NCBI RefSeq assembly: GCF_020745735.1
Contig: NC_083442.1
Coordinates: 33,886,072-33,950,071, forward strand
Direction of reading: 5' to 3'
Source of the DNA: Hemiscyllium ocellatum
Taxonomy: Eukaryota
Length of the DNA: 64,000 nt
Part shown: piece by piece, positions 37,028-51,345 of the stretch
How the letters are laid out: the number at the start of each line of letters is the position of its first letter
Position numbering within the stretch: the first letter of the stretch is position 1
Made by a program: the position numbers and the translations under genes
Notes under the pieces: generated by a model
Databases searched by the model: none
What the model saw: the letters and a program-made list of their open reading frames with translations, nothing else
What the model was told of the DNA's origin: nothing

Positions 37028-38049
37028 TGGTTGGGTCACCTGGATGTTTCTAATCCCATTTTAGAAAGAAAATTGTAACTTTAGATCACAAGCAAACCTG
37101 AAAACATCCATATTGGATTTAATTTTACCCTCCCTGTCTTCCCCCCCCCCCCCCCCCCCCCCCCCCCGCCTCCTCTCTCTCTCTCGTGCACTCCTTGCTT
37201 CTGCTTGTGCTCTCGATCTCAGTCGCTCTTGCTCAAGCCCTCCTGCCACCTCAAAGCTTATTGATATGGATTATTATCAATGTTGTATGAATTTTGAACT
37301 ATGTTGTATTTAATTAATAACTGCTGTTAGTTGTTAATATTTGAAGACATACAAATTGCCTTTTTTCTTCCTATTAATGTAAATTTCTTGTTCTAAACAA
37401 AAAAATGATATCTATTAACTTGCATCCCAGAGTTTGTTCGCTCAAAGCTGATGGTATTTCAGCTCCTCTCAATATTTGTTTGCAACTTACAGGATTTAAA
37501 ACATAGACTAATCTGGTTGTAACAAATATACAATATTTCATTTTATATTCGAAACAATGGAATAAAATCGGAACATTTATCCCTTAGCTCTTTTATTAGA
37601 TTATAGGTGATCAATTCCATTTGCCTGCTTTTAATTGAGAATCCTTAGTACCCTTGCATAATAAAGTTGTGTTCATCTCATTTTTAAGTATCAAGTCAAT
37701 ACTGTCAGCCCTTTGGAAGAGAGCATTCATAATTTCCAATAGCAATTGTGTAATTTTGGCATTGTCAGAGATATTTCTGTTTAGTGCTGTGGTAGGCCTA
37801 TGTAATTTTGCCATTTGAACTCTGAAAGACACCTATCAACACAAGAATGCAACATGATTGTTCAACAGTTGCTTTCATTTTTTTTTGCCGCGCAAAACTT
37901 GAAACTGTATAGTGGGTGTGTGCATTCACTTGCATGGAAAATTATAAATTCAAAAGTAAAGGGGAAGGTATGATTGGTTAGTGATGAGATTGATTGTTAC
38001 CATAAAATGGAAGGGAGATATAGAATGTGTGGATGCCATACTGTACCAA

Positions 38050-38630
38050 GGAACCATCCTAATGTGAGAGCTTCTAATTTGGAAGGGAGGGAGACAGAAG
38101 ACAAGAATTTATAGGCTGGTTGCTCCGACCTTGGTCGCTGGTAAGATTTTCACGTTCATTATTAAGGATAAGATTGCAGAGTACTTGGAAATGCATGGTC
38201 AAGTAAGGTATGGTTTTGTCAAGGTGAGGTCATGATGGACAAACCTATTAGAATTCTTTGAAGAGGTAATGAGCATGTTCGATAAAGGAGAGCCAGTAGA
38301 CGTGATCTCTTTGGTTTACAGAAGGTCTTTGACAAAGTGTTGCACAGGAGGCTGCTAAATAAGATAAGGGTTCATAGTGTTTGGGTCAAGGAATTAATAG
38401 AGGATTGGCTGACTGGCAGAAGGCAGAGAGTGATGAGAGAGGTGTCTTTTTCAGGGTGGCAGCCAGTGACTAATGGAGTTATGCAAGGGTTGGTGATGGG
38501 ACCACAGCTTTTCAAGTTATCCCTTAACAATGTGGATTAAAGAACCAAGTGTGCAGATGACACAGATAGGTGGAAGGGACAAGTTCTGGTGAGGAGGCAG
38601 GGAGGCTGCAGAATGACTTGGGCAGGCGAG
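38050..38630 (+). mobile_element. Old CR1 RT fragment (continues at ~41925-42480)
   Basis: Decayed LEFFEEV, HRRLLNKI, ADDT; the 3' part resumes after the nested insertions. Confidence 0.75.
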
Positions 38631-38631
38631 A

Positions 38632-39339
38632 AGAGTCATAGAGATGTACAGCCTGGAAACAGACCCTTCGGTCCAACCTGTCCATGCTGACCAGATATCC
38701 CAACCCAATCTAGTCCCACCTGCCAGCACCTGGCCCATATCCCTCCAAACCCTTCCTATTCATATACCCATCCAAATGCCTCTTAAATGTTGCAATTGTA
38801 CCAGCCTCCACCACTTCCTCTGGCAGCTCATTCCATTCACATATCACCCTCTGCATGAAAAAGTTGCCCTTTAGGTCTCTTTTATATCTTTCCCCTCTCG
38901 CCCTAAACCTATGCCCCCTCATTCTTGACTCCCTGACCCCAGGGAAAAGACTTTGTCTATTTATCCTATCCATGCCCCTCATAATTTTGTAAACCTCTAA
39001 ATGGTCACCCCTCGGCCTCTGAAGCTCCAGGGAAAACAGTTCTAGCCTGTTCAGCCTCTCCCTGTAGCTCAGATCCTTCAACCCTGGCATCATCCTTGTA
39101 AATCTTTTCGGAACTCTTTCAAGTTTCACAACACCTTTCCGATAGGAAGGAGATCAGAATTGCACGCAATATTCCAACAGTGGCCTAACCAATGTCCTGT
39201 ACAGCTGCAACATGACCTCCCAACTCCTGTACTTAATACTCTGACCAATAAAGGAAAGCATACCAAACGCCGCCTTCACTATCCTATCTACCTGCGACTC
39301 CACATTGAAGGAGTTATGAACCTGCACTCCAAAGTCTCT
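38632..39339 (-). mobile_element. CR1 LINE 3' end (inverted arm)
   Basis: KLERVPKRFTRMMPGL...; reverse complement of ~40878-41581. Confidence 0.92.
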
Positions 39340-41581
39340 AAATTAGTGATGGAAAAGGATAGACCAGATCTAAAAGTTGAAGTTCTACATTGGAGAAAGG
39401 CAAATTTTGAAGCTTTTAGGCAAGAATTTTCAAAAGCTGATTGGGGGCAGATGTTCATAGGTAAACGGACGGCTGGAAAAAGGGAAGCTTTCAGAAATGA
39501 GATAATGAGAATCCAGAGAAAGTATATTCCTGTTAGAGTGAAAGGAAAGGCTGGTAGGTATAGGGAATGTTGGATGACTAAAGAAGTTGAGGGTTTGGTT
39601 CAGAAAAAGAAGGGAGCATGTGTAAGGTATAGACAGGATAGATCGAGTGAATCTGTAGAAGAGTATAAAGGCAGTAGGAGTATACTTAAGAGGGAAATCA
39701 GGAGGGTAAAAAAAGGGGACATGAGATAGCTTTGGCAAATAGAATTAAGGAGAATCCAAAGGGTTTTTACAAATACATTAAGGACCAAAGGGTAACTAGG
39801 GAGAGAATAGGGCCCCTCAAAGATCAGCAAAGCGGCCTTTGTGTGGATCCGCAGGAGTTGGGACAGATACTAAACGAGTATGTTGCATCAGTATTTACTA
39901 TGGCAAAGGGTATGGAAGATATAGAAAGTAGTGAAATAGATGGTGACACCTTGCAAAATGTCCATATTACAGAGGAGGAAGTGCTGGATGTCTTGAAACG
40001 CATAAAGGTGGATAAATCCCCAGGACCTGATCAGGTGTACCCCAGAACTCTGTGGGAAACTAGAGAAGTGATTGCTGAGCCTCTTGCTGAGATATTTGTA
40101 TCATCGATAGTCACAGGTGAGGTGCAGGAAGACTGGAGGTTGGCTAACATAGTGCCACTGTTTAAGAAAGGTAGTAAGGAGAAGTCGGAGAACTATCAAC
40201 CAGTGAACCTGACGTCGGTAGTGGGCAAGTTGTTGGAGGGAATCCTGAGGGACGGGATGTACATGTATTTGGAAAGGCAAGGACTGATTAGGGATCATCA
40301 ACATGGCTTTCTGCATGGGAAATCATGTCTCACAAACTTGATTGAGTTTTTTGAAGAAGTAACAAAGAGGATTGAAGAGGTCAGAGCAGGAGATGTGATC
40401 CATATGGACTTCAGTAAGGCTTTAGACAAGGTTCCCTATGAGAGACTGGTTAGCAAAGTTAGATCTCGCGGAATAAAGGGAGAACTAGCCCTTTGGATAC
40501 AGAACTGGTTTAAAGGTATAAGACAGAGGGTGGTGGTGGAGGGTTGTTTTTCAGACTGGAGGCCTGTGACCAGTGGAGTACCACAAGGATTGGTGCTGGG
40601 TCCTTTTTTTTTGCCATTTACATAGATGATTTGGATGTGAACATAAGGGGTATAGTTAGTAAGTTTACAGATGACACCAAAATTGGAGATGTAGTGGACA
40701 GCGAAGAGGGTTACCTCAGATTACAACAGGATCTTGACCAGATGGGCCAATGGGCTGAGAAGTGGCAGATGGAGTTTAATTCAGATAAATGTGAGGTGCT
40801 GCATTTTGGGAAAGCAAATCTTATCAGGACTTACACTCTCTAGAACCTTACCATAAAGTGTGTATGTAGATGAACAAAGAGACCTTGGAGTGCAGGTTCA
40901 TAGCTCCTTAAAAGTGGAGTCGCAAGTAGATAGGTTAGTGAAGAAGGTGTTTGGCATGCTTTCCTTTATTGGAAAGTATTGCGTACAGGAGTTGGGAGGT
41001 CATGTTGCGGCTGTACAGGTCATTTGTTAGGCCACTTTTGGAATATTGCGTGCAGTTGTGGTTTCCTTCCTGTCGGAAAGATGTTGTGAAACTTGAAAGG
41101 GTTCCGAAAAGATTTACAAGGATGTTGCCAGGGTTGGAGGATTTGAGCTATAGGGGGAGGCTGAACAGGCTGGGACTATTTCCCTGGAGCGTCGGAGGCT
41201 GAGGGGTGACCTTAGAGGTTTACAAAATTATGAGGGGCATGGATAGAATAAGTAGACAAAGTCTTTTCCCTGAGGTGGGGGGAGTCCAGAATGAGGGGGC
41301 ATAGGTTTAGGGTGAGAGGGGAAAGATCTAAAAGAGACCCAAGGGGCAACTCTTCCACGCAGAGGATGGTGCAGTTATGGAATGAGCTGCCAGAGGAAGT
41401 GGTGGAGGCTGGTACAATTGCAACATTTAAAAGGCATCTGGATGGGTATATGAATAGGAAGGGTTTAGAAGGTTATGGGCCGGGTGTTGGCAGGTGGGAC
41501 TAGATTGGGTTGAGATATCTGGTCGGCATGGACGGGTTGGACCGAAGGGTCTGTTTCCACGCTGTACATCTCTATGACTCT
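39340..41581 (+). mobile_element. CR1 LINE ORF2 (linker + RT + 3' tail), 5'-truncated and frameshifted
   Basis: 297-aa ORF with KENPKGFYKY, KSPGPD, DWRLANIVPLFKKG, QHGF, DFSKA, SGVPQG. Confidence 0.93.
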
Positions 41582-41584
41582 TAT

Positions 41585-41912
41585 GTTCTGGATTAGTGGT
41601 GCTGGAAGAGCACAGCAGTTCAGGCAGCATCCGAGGAGCAGTAAAATTGACGTTTCGGGCAAAAGCCCTTCATCCGGAATAAAGGCAGAGAGCCTGAGGC
41701 GTGGAGAGATGAGCTGGAGGAGGGTGGGGTGGGGAGAAAGTAGCATAGAGTACAATATGTGAGTGGGGGGAGGGGGTTAAGGTGATAGGTCGGGAGAGGG
41801 TGGAGTGGATAGGTGGAAAAGAAGGATATGCAGGTAGGACAAGTCATGGGGACAGTGCTGAGCTGGAAGTTTGTAATTAGGGTGAAGTGGGGGAAGGGGA
41901 AATGAGGAAATT
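41585..41912 (-). mobile_element. Neptune-type PLE 3' terminal fragment with mutated hammerhead (CGGAUGA)
   Basis: Similar to 19860-20165; minus strand AUUC-CGGAUGA-A-GGGC-UUUU-GCCC-GAAACGUC. Confidence 0.85.
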
Positions 41913-43532
41913 GCCTCTATGACTCTATGTACTGTTGAGGCTGTGTAATGCTCTGGTCAGAGTGCATTTGAAATATTGACAGCAGTTTTGGGGCCTGTAT
42001 CCAAGGAAGGGTGTACAAGCATTTCAGAGACTCTAGAGGAGGTTTGCCAGAGTGATCACAGGGATGAAGGTCTTGTCATATGAGGAACAGTTGAAGACTC
42101 TGGGTCTGTACCTGGAGTTTCAGAGAATGGGGTTGGGGGAGGATTTGGTTGAAACTTACAGAATACTTGAGAGCCTTGGATAGAGTAGATGTGGAGAAGA
42201 TGTTTCTAGCAAGGGAGACTAGAACCTGAGGATACAGCCACAGAGTGAAAGGGTGACCCTTTAGAACTGAGATAAGGACAAATTTCTTCAGCCAGAGGGT
42301 GATAAATGTATGGAACCTCTGGTCACAGAAGGCTGTGGAGGCCATGCCATTAAGTGCATTTAACATAGTGATAGGTTCTTGATTGGGAATGGGTGTGAGA
42401 AACATATCAGCTATGATCGAATGGCAGAGCACATTTATGGACTGAATGGCCTAATTCCGCTCCTATATCTTATGGTCTATGGTCACAGTCATACTAATTC
42501 AGATTGTATGTTTATGGAAGTTTTATTTTGACAGCAAATTTGTGGTCAAATAATCTGAAATATGCAATGCTCCCTATGTTCTATGTGGACTGTGTGTCAT
42601 TGCGTACGAAAGGTGTCTTGATCTCACTTACTTTTGCCATTTTCAAAGGGCAAAAGCAGTCTACGTTTACTCCAGTTTTGTTTGTAGTCGCGTACTGATG
42701 ATCAAAGAAACTGAGCAGCTGAACATATTTTTGGAGGATCTCTCTTGGTGCCTTAACATCCTGTTGAAGGCACATCCTGTGAACACTGGGTGTGTAATTG
42801 AAATAGCTCCTCTCCATTGTTGGGTATGTGACGGTGACACATGATCTAATTATAGCAACAAGAACAGCACTTACTAGGGCCATCCAAAAATGTCTAACAA
42901 CTTCCGGTTGGAAAGTATTCTGGTTACATGGGTCAGAAATGCAGCAGCTTTTTTTTTGTAAGCACACTTCTTATTTATAAGTGAGCCAATTTCTTCATAA
43001 TTTTCTCTCATTCTGTCCTCGCTGATTATGTGATTTCCTGTCCCATTGTCAATCTATCAACTCTTTCTGTTTTTCATTCAGTCAATCCAAAAACTTGTCT
43101 TTGTCCATAGTCTTTTTGTCTCCGTTGAAGAAAAGTGAGAACCAAGGCAAATTTAGAAAATTCACCAGTTGATATTGTTAAATGTTACGACATGACCAAA
43201 TAACATGAGCTTCCCTTTCCTTATATTCACAATACTGTAAAGTTCAAATACTCAGTGATCCTCAAAATTGCCCCAACAGTTCCTAACCAAAACAAGACTG
43301 TGAGCAACTGATACCAGACAGCAAACTTGGAGCTTAAACAGAATCATTTATCAGTAATAAACTAGCAGAACAAAGTAAAACAAGATAATTAATTAATATT
43401 TATGATTTAAACCCAGTCTTTTTAGATTCTAACTCCCACTCTCAAAAACAAACTGAAAAACGGACACAGTTAAGGGATAAAAGTGACAATGCAATCACTT
43501 TGAGGTTATTTTGTCCTTTATTTTGAAGAGGT

Positions 43533-44085
43533 TGTAAGGCAGAGGTGTTGAGCTGGCTACTGAAGACCACTTGAGTGGACAGCATATGAGGCCTTGGGTG
43601 TTTTTTTAATGCAACCTGAATGGGGGTGGCCAGCTTTCTCAGATTAGGATTTCTTGGTTTTGGTTTTTCTGTAACATCAAAGCTATTGGAGTCTCAACGG
43701 AATTGGAAGCTTCAATGAAAGTCTCCTGGCTGCTATACTTTCTGAATGTTCTCTTGCTTTTGTTTGCATGTGAGAATCTGTGTCTGAATTTATCTTTTTG
43801 CCAAGGAGTGTGTTTATGGGATGTTACTAAATTGGCACAGTTAATTTGGAATGTTATTATATCTGTGTTCCTTTTTGGAATAATGATTTAGATTTGTTAT
43901 TCTAAATTCCTCTTTTGTTGTACTTTAACTACAGTGTTTAAATAAAATCAATTTTGCTTCACGTCGAGTAGTTTGATCAGTTACATCACATCTGGAACAG
44001 ACATTACATTTGCCTTTAAAATAAGAAAAGGTTAGGTCTAAGCTACCACCTTAAATATTTTGAGTGTCTGGTCTGATCTATAAAT
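43533..44085 (+). mobile_element. Possible solo LTR (related sequence at ~61960-62563)
   Basis: TG start, AATAAA, and a 3' block shared between the two loci (ATCTGGAA..AAAGGTTAGG..CCA.CT...TATA.TTT); the second locus ends TGTAACA. No TSD verified. Confidence 0.4.
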
Positions 44086-44399
44086 TTAAATTAAATTAAA
44101 TTAAATGTAACTAATCAGTTCACTTTAGTGGTCTTCATGATCCAGAATTTCATAGGTACATGAGATTAACCTTGCTGGGCTCTGAACACTGGTCAATGCA
44201 GGTTCTGAGGAATGTTCATTTAATTCTCAACTTTTCTCTGAACTTCCAATAAGTTGAAAATGGGGCAATAGCTAGGGAGCGGTCATACCTCCTTCATGTA
44301 GCCATCGTCCTTCTGACAAAAAACACAGTTCACATTTTGCTTTCTCTTTCGTTGATTAGTTGACACCAGTCTCCCTGTGAGGCCCTAGTTAATAATCCA

Positions 44400-46320
44400 G
44401 ACATAGAACATAGAACAGAACTGGCCCTTCGGCCCTTGATGTTGTGCCGGTCTATTGTCCTACTCTAAGGTCAGACTAACCTACGTACCCGTCACTGTAC
44501 TAAGTTCTATGTGCCTGTCCAAGAACCGTTTAAATGTCCCTAATTTATCTGACTCTACTGCCTCTGCTGGCATGCACCCAACACTCTGTGTAAAGAACCT
44601 ACCTCTGACATCAACCCCACATCTTCCTCCAATCACCTTAAAATTATGCCCCCTTGTGATAGACATTTCTGCCATGGGAAAAAGTCTCTGACTATCTGCT
44701 ATCTATGCCTCTCAACATCTTGTACACCTCTATCAATTCACCTCATCCTGTTTTGTTCCAATAGGAAAAGCTCTTGCTCCCTCAACCTTTCTTCATAAGC
44801 TATGCCCTCCAGTCCAGGCAGCGTCCTGGTAAATCTCCTCTGCTTCCTCTCTGAAGTTTCCATATCCTTCCATAAGAACTGAACGCAATATTCTAAGTGT
44901 GATCTAACAAACATAACCTCGTGGCTCTTCAGCTCAATCCCCCTGCTAGCACATCGAATGCCTTCTTAACAACCCTATCAATCTGGGTGGCAACTTTGAA
45001 CAATCTATGGACACGGACCCCAAGATCCCTCTGTTCCTCCACACTGCCAAGTACCCTGCCTTTAACTCTGTATTCTGCATTCAAATTCGACCTTCCAGAG
45101 TGTATGACTTCACACTTTTCCTGGTTGAACTCCATCTGCAACAATCACCCCAACTCTGCATACTGTCAATGTCCTGCCTCAACCGACAACAAGCCTCCAC
45201 ACTATCCACAACCCCACCAACCTTTGTGTCATCGACAAACTTACTAACCAACCCTTCCATTTCCTCATTCAAGTAACTTATAAAAATCACAGCACAGGTG
45301 CCAAGACCGATCCCTGCACAACACCACTGGTCATCAAACTCCATGTTGAATACTTTCCATCTACCACCACTCTCTGTCTTTGTCTCTATGGACCAGCCAA
45401 TTCTGTATCCAGACAGACAGGTTTCCCTGTATCCTATACCTCCTTATTTTCCGAATAAGTTTACCATGGAGAACTTATCAAACGCCTTGCTAACATCTAT
45501 GTACACCACATCCACTGCTCTGCCTTCTTCAATGTGTTTTGTCACATCCTCTAAGAATTCAATAAGGTTTGGGAGGCATGACCTACCCCTCACAAAGCCA
45601 CCCTGACTATCATTAATCAAACTATGGTTTTCCAAGTAATCATAACTCCTGTCTCTCCGAATCCTGTCCAGTATTTTGCCCACCATTGACATAAGACTGA
45701 CTGATATGTAATTTCCAGGATATTCCATATTCCCTTTCTTGAACAAGGGATTAACTTCTGCCACTCTCCAGTCATATGGCATAGCTCCAGTGGGCAGTGA
45801 GACCCAAACATCATCGTCAAAGGCACAGCAGCCTCTTCCCTTGCTTCCTGTAGTAATCTAGGGTTTATCGCATCTGACCCAGGGGATAGATAAATTTCAA
45901 AGTTTTCAGCACATCCCCTTAATATCAACCCGTTCTAGCATATCAGTCTGTTTCACGCTGTCCCCAGAAACATCAAAGTCCCTCTCAGCAGTGAATACTG
46001 AAGCAAAGTATTCATTAAGGACCTCTCCTTCCTCCTCCGACTCCGGGCACAAGTTCCCTCCGTGACCCTGATTGGCCTACCCTCACTCTGGCCATCCTTT
46101 TGTTCCTCAAATAAGTGTAGAATGCCTTAGGGTTTTTCTGAATCCTACCTGCTAAAGCTTTGTAGTGCCCCCTTCTAGCTCTAAGTCAATTCATTTCCTT
46201 CCTGACAACTTTGTCACCCTCCAAAGCCCAGTCTGATCCTTGCCTCCTCAACCTTGGCTAAGGTTCCTTCTTCCTCTTGACTCGATGTTCCACATCCCTT
46301 GTCAGGCAAGGGTCACTCAA
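44400..46320 (-). mobile_element. CR1 LINE ORF2 remnant
   Basis: DWRVAEVNPLFKKG, YPGNY, SKFVDDTK, QMEFNQEKC, TRGHNFK on the minus strand. Confidence 0.9.
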
Positions 46321-46504
46321 CATCTGCCATCTGTTTGACCATAATTCATCTCCAGAACCAAAATATCTATAGAGTACTTTGGATAAGAGTCAACCTGCAA
46401 TTAACTTTGAGGTCTGATCTTGTAAGCGAATAATAGTTTTTGTTTAAAACATAATGCTGCTCACAGACCAAAGGTGACCGTCACCTCTCAGCTTGCAGTT
46501 TTTT

Positions 46505-46797
46505 ATTAGATTAGATTCCCTACAATGTGGAAACGGGCCCTTCAGCCCAACAAGTCCACACCGATCCTCCAAAGAGCAACCCACCCAGACCCTTACCCAT
46601 ACATTTACCCCTGACTAATGCACCCAACATCATGGGCCAATTCACCTAACCTGCACATCTTTGGACTATGGGAGGAAACCGGAGCACCCGGAGGAAACCC
46701 ACGCAGACATGGGGAGAATGTGCAAACTCTACACAGACGGTCGCCCGAGGCTGGAATCGAACTTGGGACCCTGGTATTGTGTGGCAGCAGTGCTAAT
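46505..46797 (-). mobile_element. HE1-like SINE
   Basis: GGAAACCGGAGCACCCGGAGGAAACCCACGCAGACA core on the plus strand. Confidence 0.85.
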
Positions 46798-48477
46798 CTC
46801 ACAGCTCCAAATCAAAAATGATGATAAAGAAAAATCAGTGAGGATTCTAACGTTTGCCATGGTGTGTGTGATTATGATCAGTCTTTTCTCGGGTAATATT
46901 TTGATCAATAGTACAATCGGAAAACCTAAAACTCAAAGGTATTGCATTGTTTGCTGCATTACTTGTTACCCAAATGATAATTGAAATTAATGATTTCTAA
47001 AGTGTTAGATTTTTGGGTCTGTGTAGAACCACTGGAGCCTCAATCCAGTTGTTTCATATTTCTTTAGCTTTAGATGACTGTATGCTTATTAAATTTTGGC
47101 TTATCTATTCTAAGAGGTATAGTAAGGACTATAATATTGTGGGAACAATCCAAAGAGCTTATTTTAAAATTTTATTAAGACTGATCATTTGTAAATTGCT
47201 GTATCAGAGCTGATATTTCCTTTTTCACACAGGATGATTCTGAAAGGACTTTTATTTCTGTTAAGGATTGTGTTTTCCTAAAAATCTTCATTTGCAAAAA
47301 AAAAATGCCAAAGGAAGGATTATGCATGAATTCTAATCTTTTGTTATTTTGTGTTGGTGACCGTGCTGAGATTTGTAGAACTGGTGACTGAGATATGATT
47401 TGTCCGCTTTCAGTACTGTGGTATGGTGTGATATTGCGGAGGGATACATCCCCATGGGCTCTGCATTCCCATGCATCAGTTTGTCCTTATGCTTCTGATT
47501 CTTTTGATGAAATGGGCTGTAAAAAAATTGCTGAAAATTGGCTGTTTTATTTGAAGGTGGTAGTTATCTTAGTCAGTCTGTGTGATCATTAACAAGCTCT
47601 TGCTAGGCCAAAACTATCTATGATAGTGTTTGCGACATTTCCTTTCATTGTGAGATGACGATTGCCTGAAATTCCTGTTAGTTTTTGTGTTCCTGTGTGG
47701 TTTGATATGAAATTCCAATCTTTTTCCTGTGGCTCACCAGAATGTCAGCCAACTAGTCTGTCATCTTGTATCTGCTTGGGAAATATGTATGCGCAAACTT
47801 ATGATACACACCCATTATGGCTAATTCAGTCTAAGAATCACATATGATAATCCTTTCATAAATATAAAAATCTACTCCAAAAAAGACCACAAGTGAGAAC
47901 TGGTAAATCTAACCCATCCATCTTCTAAGAGACTTCAGCGACTGCCCAAGCTCAAATCATTTCAGTTAACCCTGATTTTGGGATCTCCTTTTCTCTGTGG
48001 CTCATTTGTATATAACGGTGCATTTATTCTGTGTGTGATATATTTCAGTTGTAATCACTAACTCTGGGTGTTAATGGTACTGCAACACAATTGCTGCATG
48101 TCCTAAATCTCTGACATTTAATCTTGCATCTGTTTCTTCATTCCAGAATGCTGTCTCAGTAAGCCTGTTTCTATTACTCTGCTCCTTATCTTTGTAGTTT
48201 GAACATTACATTTGTTTGTTCTGATTACTTCGCTAATTTAATAGTTCTATTTTAAGAGGTGACCAATGAGAATAGGTGCAATTTATTTATTTATTGGTGC
48301 TGTCAGTTCTATAAGCACAAACAAAATTCTTGCCCTCCCAATGCATAGAAACGTGCAGTAATTCAGAACAGGATTTGAACCAGGATTTCTGGTTTCTAAC
48401 TTGATGCTTTGTGGTCAGTGGTGTATACATGGAATTAAGTAGGAATTCCATGCTGACCAGGTTTTCTAAAATGAAAC

Positions 48478-49205
48478 CCATGTTGGGCCCATATCCCTCT
48501 AAACCCTTCCTATTCATGTACACGTCCAGATGTCTTTTAAATGTTGTAATTGTACCTGCCTCTGTCACTTCCTGTGGCAGCTCATTCTATGTATGCACCA
48601 CCTTCCGTGTGAAAAAGTTGCTCCTCAGGTCCCAAATAATTCTTTCTACTCACTTTAAAACTATGCCCTCCAGCTTTGGGGAAAAGACCTTAACTATTCA
48701 CCTCATGATTTTATAAACCTCGAAAAGCACACCCCTCAGCCTCCTACGCTCTGGGTTTAAAGAATGTTCCAGCCAATCTCGCCTCATTATATCTTGAACC
48801 TTTTACTCTTGGTAACATCCTTAAATCTTTTTTGCATCCTTCCCAGTATAATAGCATCCTTTTTTGAGCAGGATATCAGAATTGTGAGCAGTACTCCAAA
48901 TGTCTTGGTCAGCCGTAACATCCCAACTCCTGTACTCAGTGCTCTGACTGAAGGCGAATATGCCAAATGCTGCCTTCACCACCATGTCTAACTGTAATGC
49001 CACTTTTAAGAAACTATGTGCCTGCATCCCCTATGTCTTACTGTTTGACAACACTTCTCAGTGTCCTACCATAAACTCTGCAAGTCTTGTTATGGTTTAT
49101 GTTACCAAAATGCAATACCTTTCATTTATCTGAATTAAACTCCATTTGCCATTCTTTAACCCACAGGCCCAGTTGATCAAGATCCTGTTGTACTTTTAGA
49201 TAACC
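48478..49205 (-). mobile_element. CR1 3' fragment
   Basis: EAGTITTFKRHLDVYMNRKGLEGYGP. Confidence 0.85.
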
Positions 49206-49639
49206 TTTTACACTTGTTATCACATATCTTTTAATTCCCCTTGATAGTTACAGCTTCAATCACCACCAAGTCTGTTAGTGCATTTTGAGCCTCTGAACCT
49301 TCTGTATAAGGAGTTTTATTCATGTTTCTAAGCCAGGTCATAAATATAGTCTTTCTTTCTCGTTCTAGAACTCTGACTGGTGACAGTCTGCTGATAACTC
49401 CTCTTCAGCATTTCATAATTGTTAAAAAAATGCTTCTGTCAACTATTCTAACAAACAGTTACAAGTTTTTCAGTCTTCCTTTGTGTTATACTTCTTTATA
49501 CTGGCCATCCTTTGAGTGAATCTATGTTGTATCATCTATATTGCTTTAGATTTTCTTTGTGTTGTGAAGCCTGGAATTGTAATCAGGATGCTTAACTGTA
49601 ATTGGCTTTATATGGATTTTAAAAAAACCTACACTTTCA

Positions 49640-51345
49640 GGAAAATCTCAAAGCTTTTTATTCATATATAATGAGCAAGGGAGTAACTAGAGAAAGGGTT
49701 GGCCCACTCAAGGACAAAGGAGGAAAGTTTATGTGTGGAATCAGAAAATGGGTGAGATTCTTAGCGTACTTTGCATCGGTATTCACCGAGGAGAGGGACG
49801 TGACGGATGTTGAGGTTCAGGATAGATGTTTGATTACTGTAGGTCAAGTTGGCATAAGGAGGGAGGAAGGAAGTGTTAGGTATTCTAAAAGGCATTGAAG
49901 TGGACAAGTCCCCAGGTCCAAATGGAATCTCTCCCTGGTTACTGAGGGAAGTGAGGGAGGAAATAGCTGGGGCCTTAACAGATATCTTTGTAACATCCTT
50001 GAACACGGATGAGGTCCTGGAAGAGTGGAGAACTGCTAATGTTGTCCCCTTGTTTAAGAAGAGTACCAGGGGTGATCCAGGTAATTATAGACCAGTGAGC
50101 CTGATGTCAGTGGTAGGGAAGCAGTTGCTGGCGAAGATACTGAGGGATAGGATCTGTTCCTATTTGGAAGAAAATGGGCTTATCAGTGACAGGCAGCATG
50201 ATTTTGTACAGGGAAGGTCATGCTTTATCACCTTAATAGAGTTAATTGATGGGAGAAAGGTTGCAGATGTCATATACGTGGACTTGAGTAAGGCATTTTA
50301 TAAGGTTCCCCATGGTAAGCTAATGGAGAAGGTGAAGTCTCATGAGGTCCAGGATATACAAGCCAGATGGATAGAGATGTGGGCTGGGCAACAGGAGACA
50401 GAAGCAATGGAAGGGAGTTTCTCAAAGTGGAGACCTGTGACCAGTGGTGTTCCACATGGATCCGTGCTGGGACCACTGTTTATGATATACATAGAAGATT
50501 TGGGGGAAGGTTTAGGTAGTCTGATTAGCAAGTTTGCAGACAGTTAAGAGGACTGTCTGAGAATACAGCAGAATATTGATAGATTGGAGAGTTGGGCAGA
50601 GAAACAACAGATGGAGTTTAATCCGGGCAAATGCGAGGTGATGCATTTTGGAAGATCCAGTTCATTCTTGAACTGGACAGTAAATGGAAAAGTCCTGGGG
50701 AAAACTGATGTACAGAGAGATCTGGGTGTTTGGGTCCATTGTTGCTGGAACATGGCAATGCAGGTCAACAGAGTGGTCAAGAAGGCATAAGGCATGCTTT
50801 CCTTCATTGGACGGGGTATTGAGTACAAGAGGTGGCAGGCCATGTTACAGTTGTATAAGCCTTTGGTTTGGAGAGGATGCAGAGGTGCTTCCTGAGGATG
50901 TTGCCTGGCATGGAGGGCACTAGCTATGAAGAAAGGTTGAGTAGATTAGGATTATTTTCATTAGAAAGTCAAAGGTTGAGGGGGGACCTGATTGAGGTCT
51001 ACAAAATCATGAGAGGTATAGATAGGATGGATAGCAAGAAGCCTTTTCCCTACAGTGGGGGACTGAATTACTCGGGGTCATGAGTTCAAAGTGAGAGGGG
51101 AACAGTTTAGGGGAGATATGCGTGGAAAGGTCTTTATGCAGAGGATGGTGGATGCCTGGAACATGTTGTCAGTGGAGGTGGTGGGGCGGGCATGATAATG
51201 TCATTTAAGATGTAACTAGACAGATACATGAATGGGCAAAGAGCAGAGAGATATGGACCCTTAGAAAATAGGTGACAGGTTTAGATAGAGGATCTGGATT
51301 GGCGCAGGCTTGGAGGGCTGAAGGGCCTGTTCCTATGCTGGCATT
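49640..51345 (+). mobile_element. CR1 LINE ORF2 remnant
   Basis: 224-aa ORF KSPGPNG...PGNYRPVSL...[12 protein letters not shown]...SKFAD. Confidence 0.92.

Noticed and set aside
37141-37185. Poly-C/CT tract giving Pro- or Gly-rich ORFs (also 6612-6630, 26229-26243)
   Set aside because: Simple homopolymer runs.
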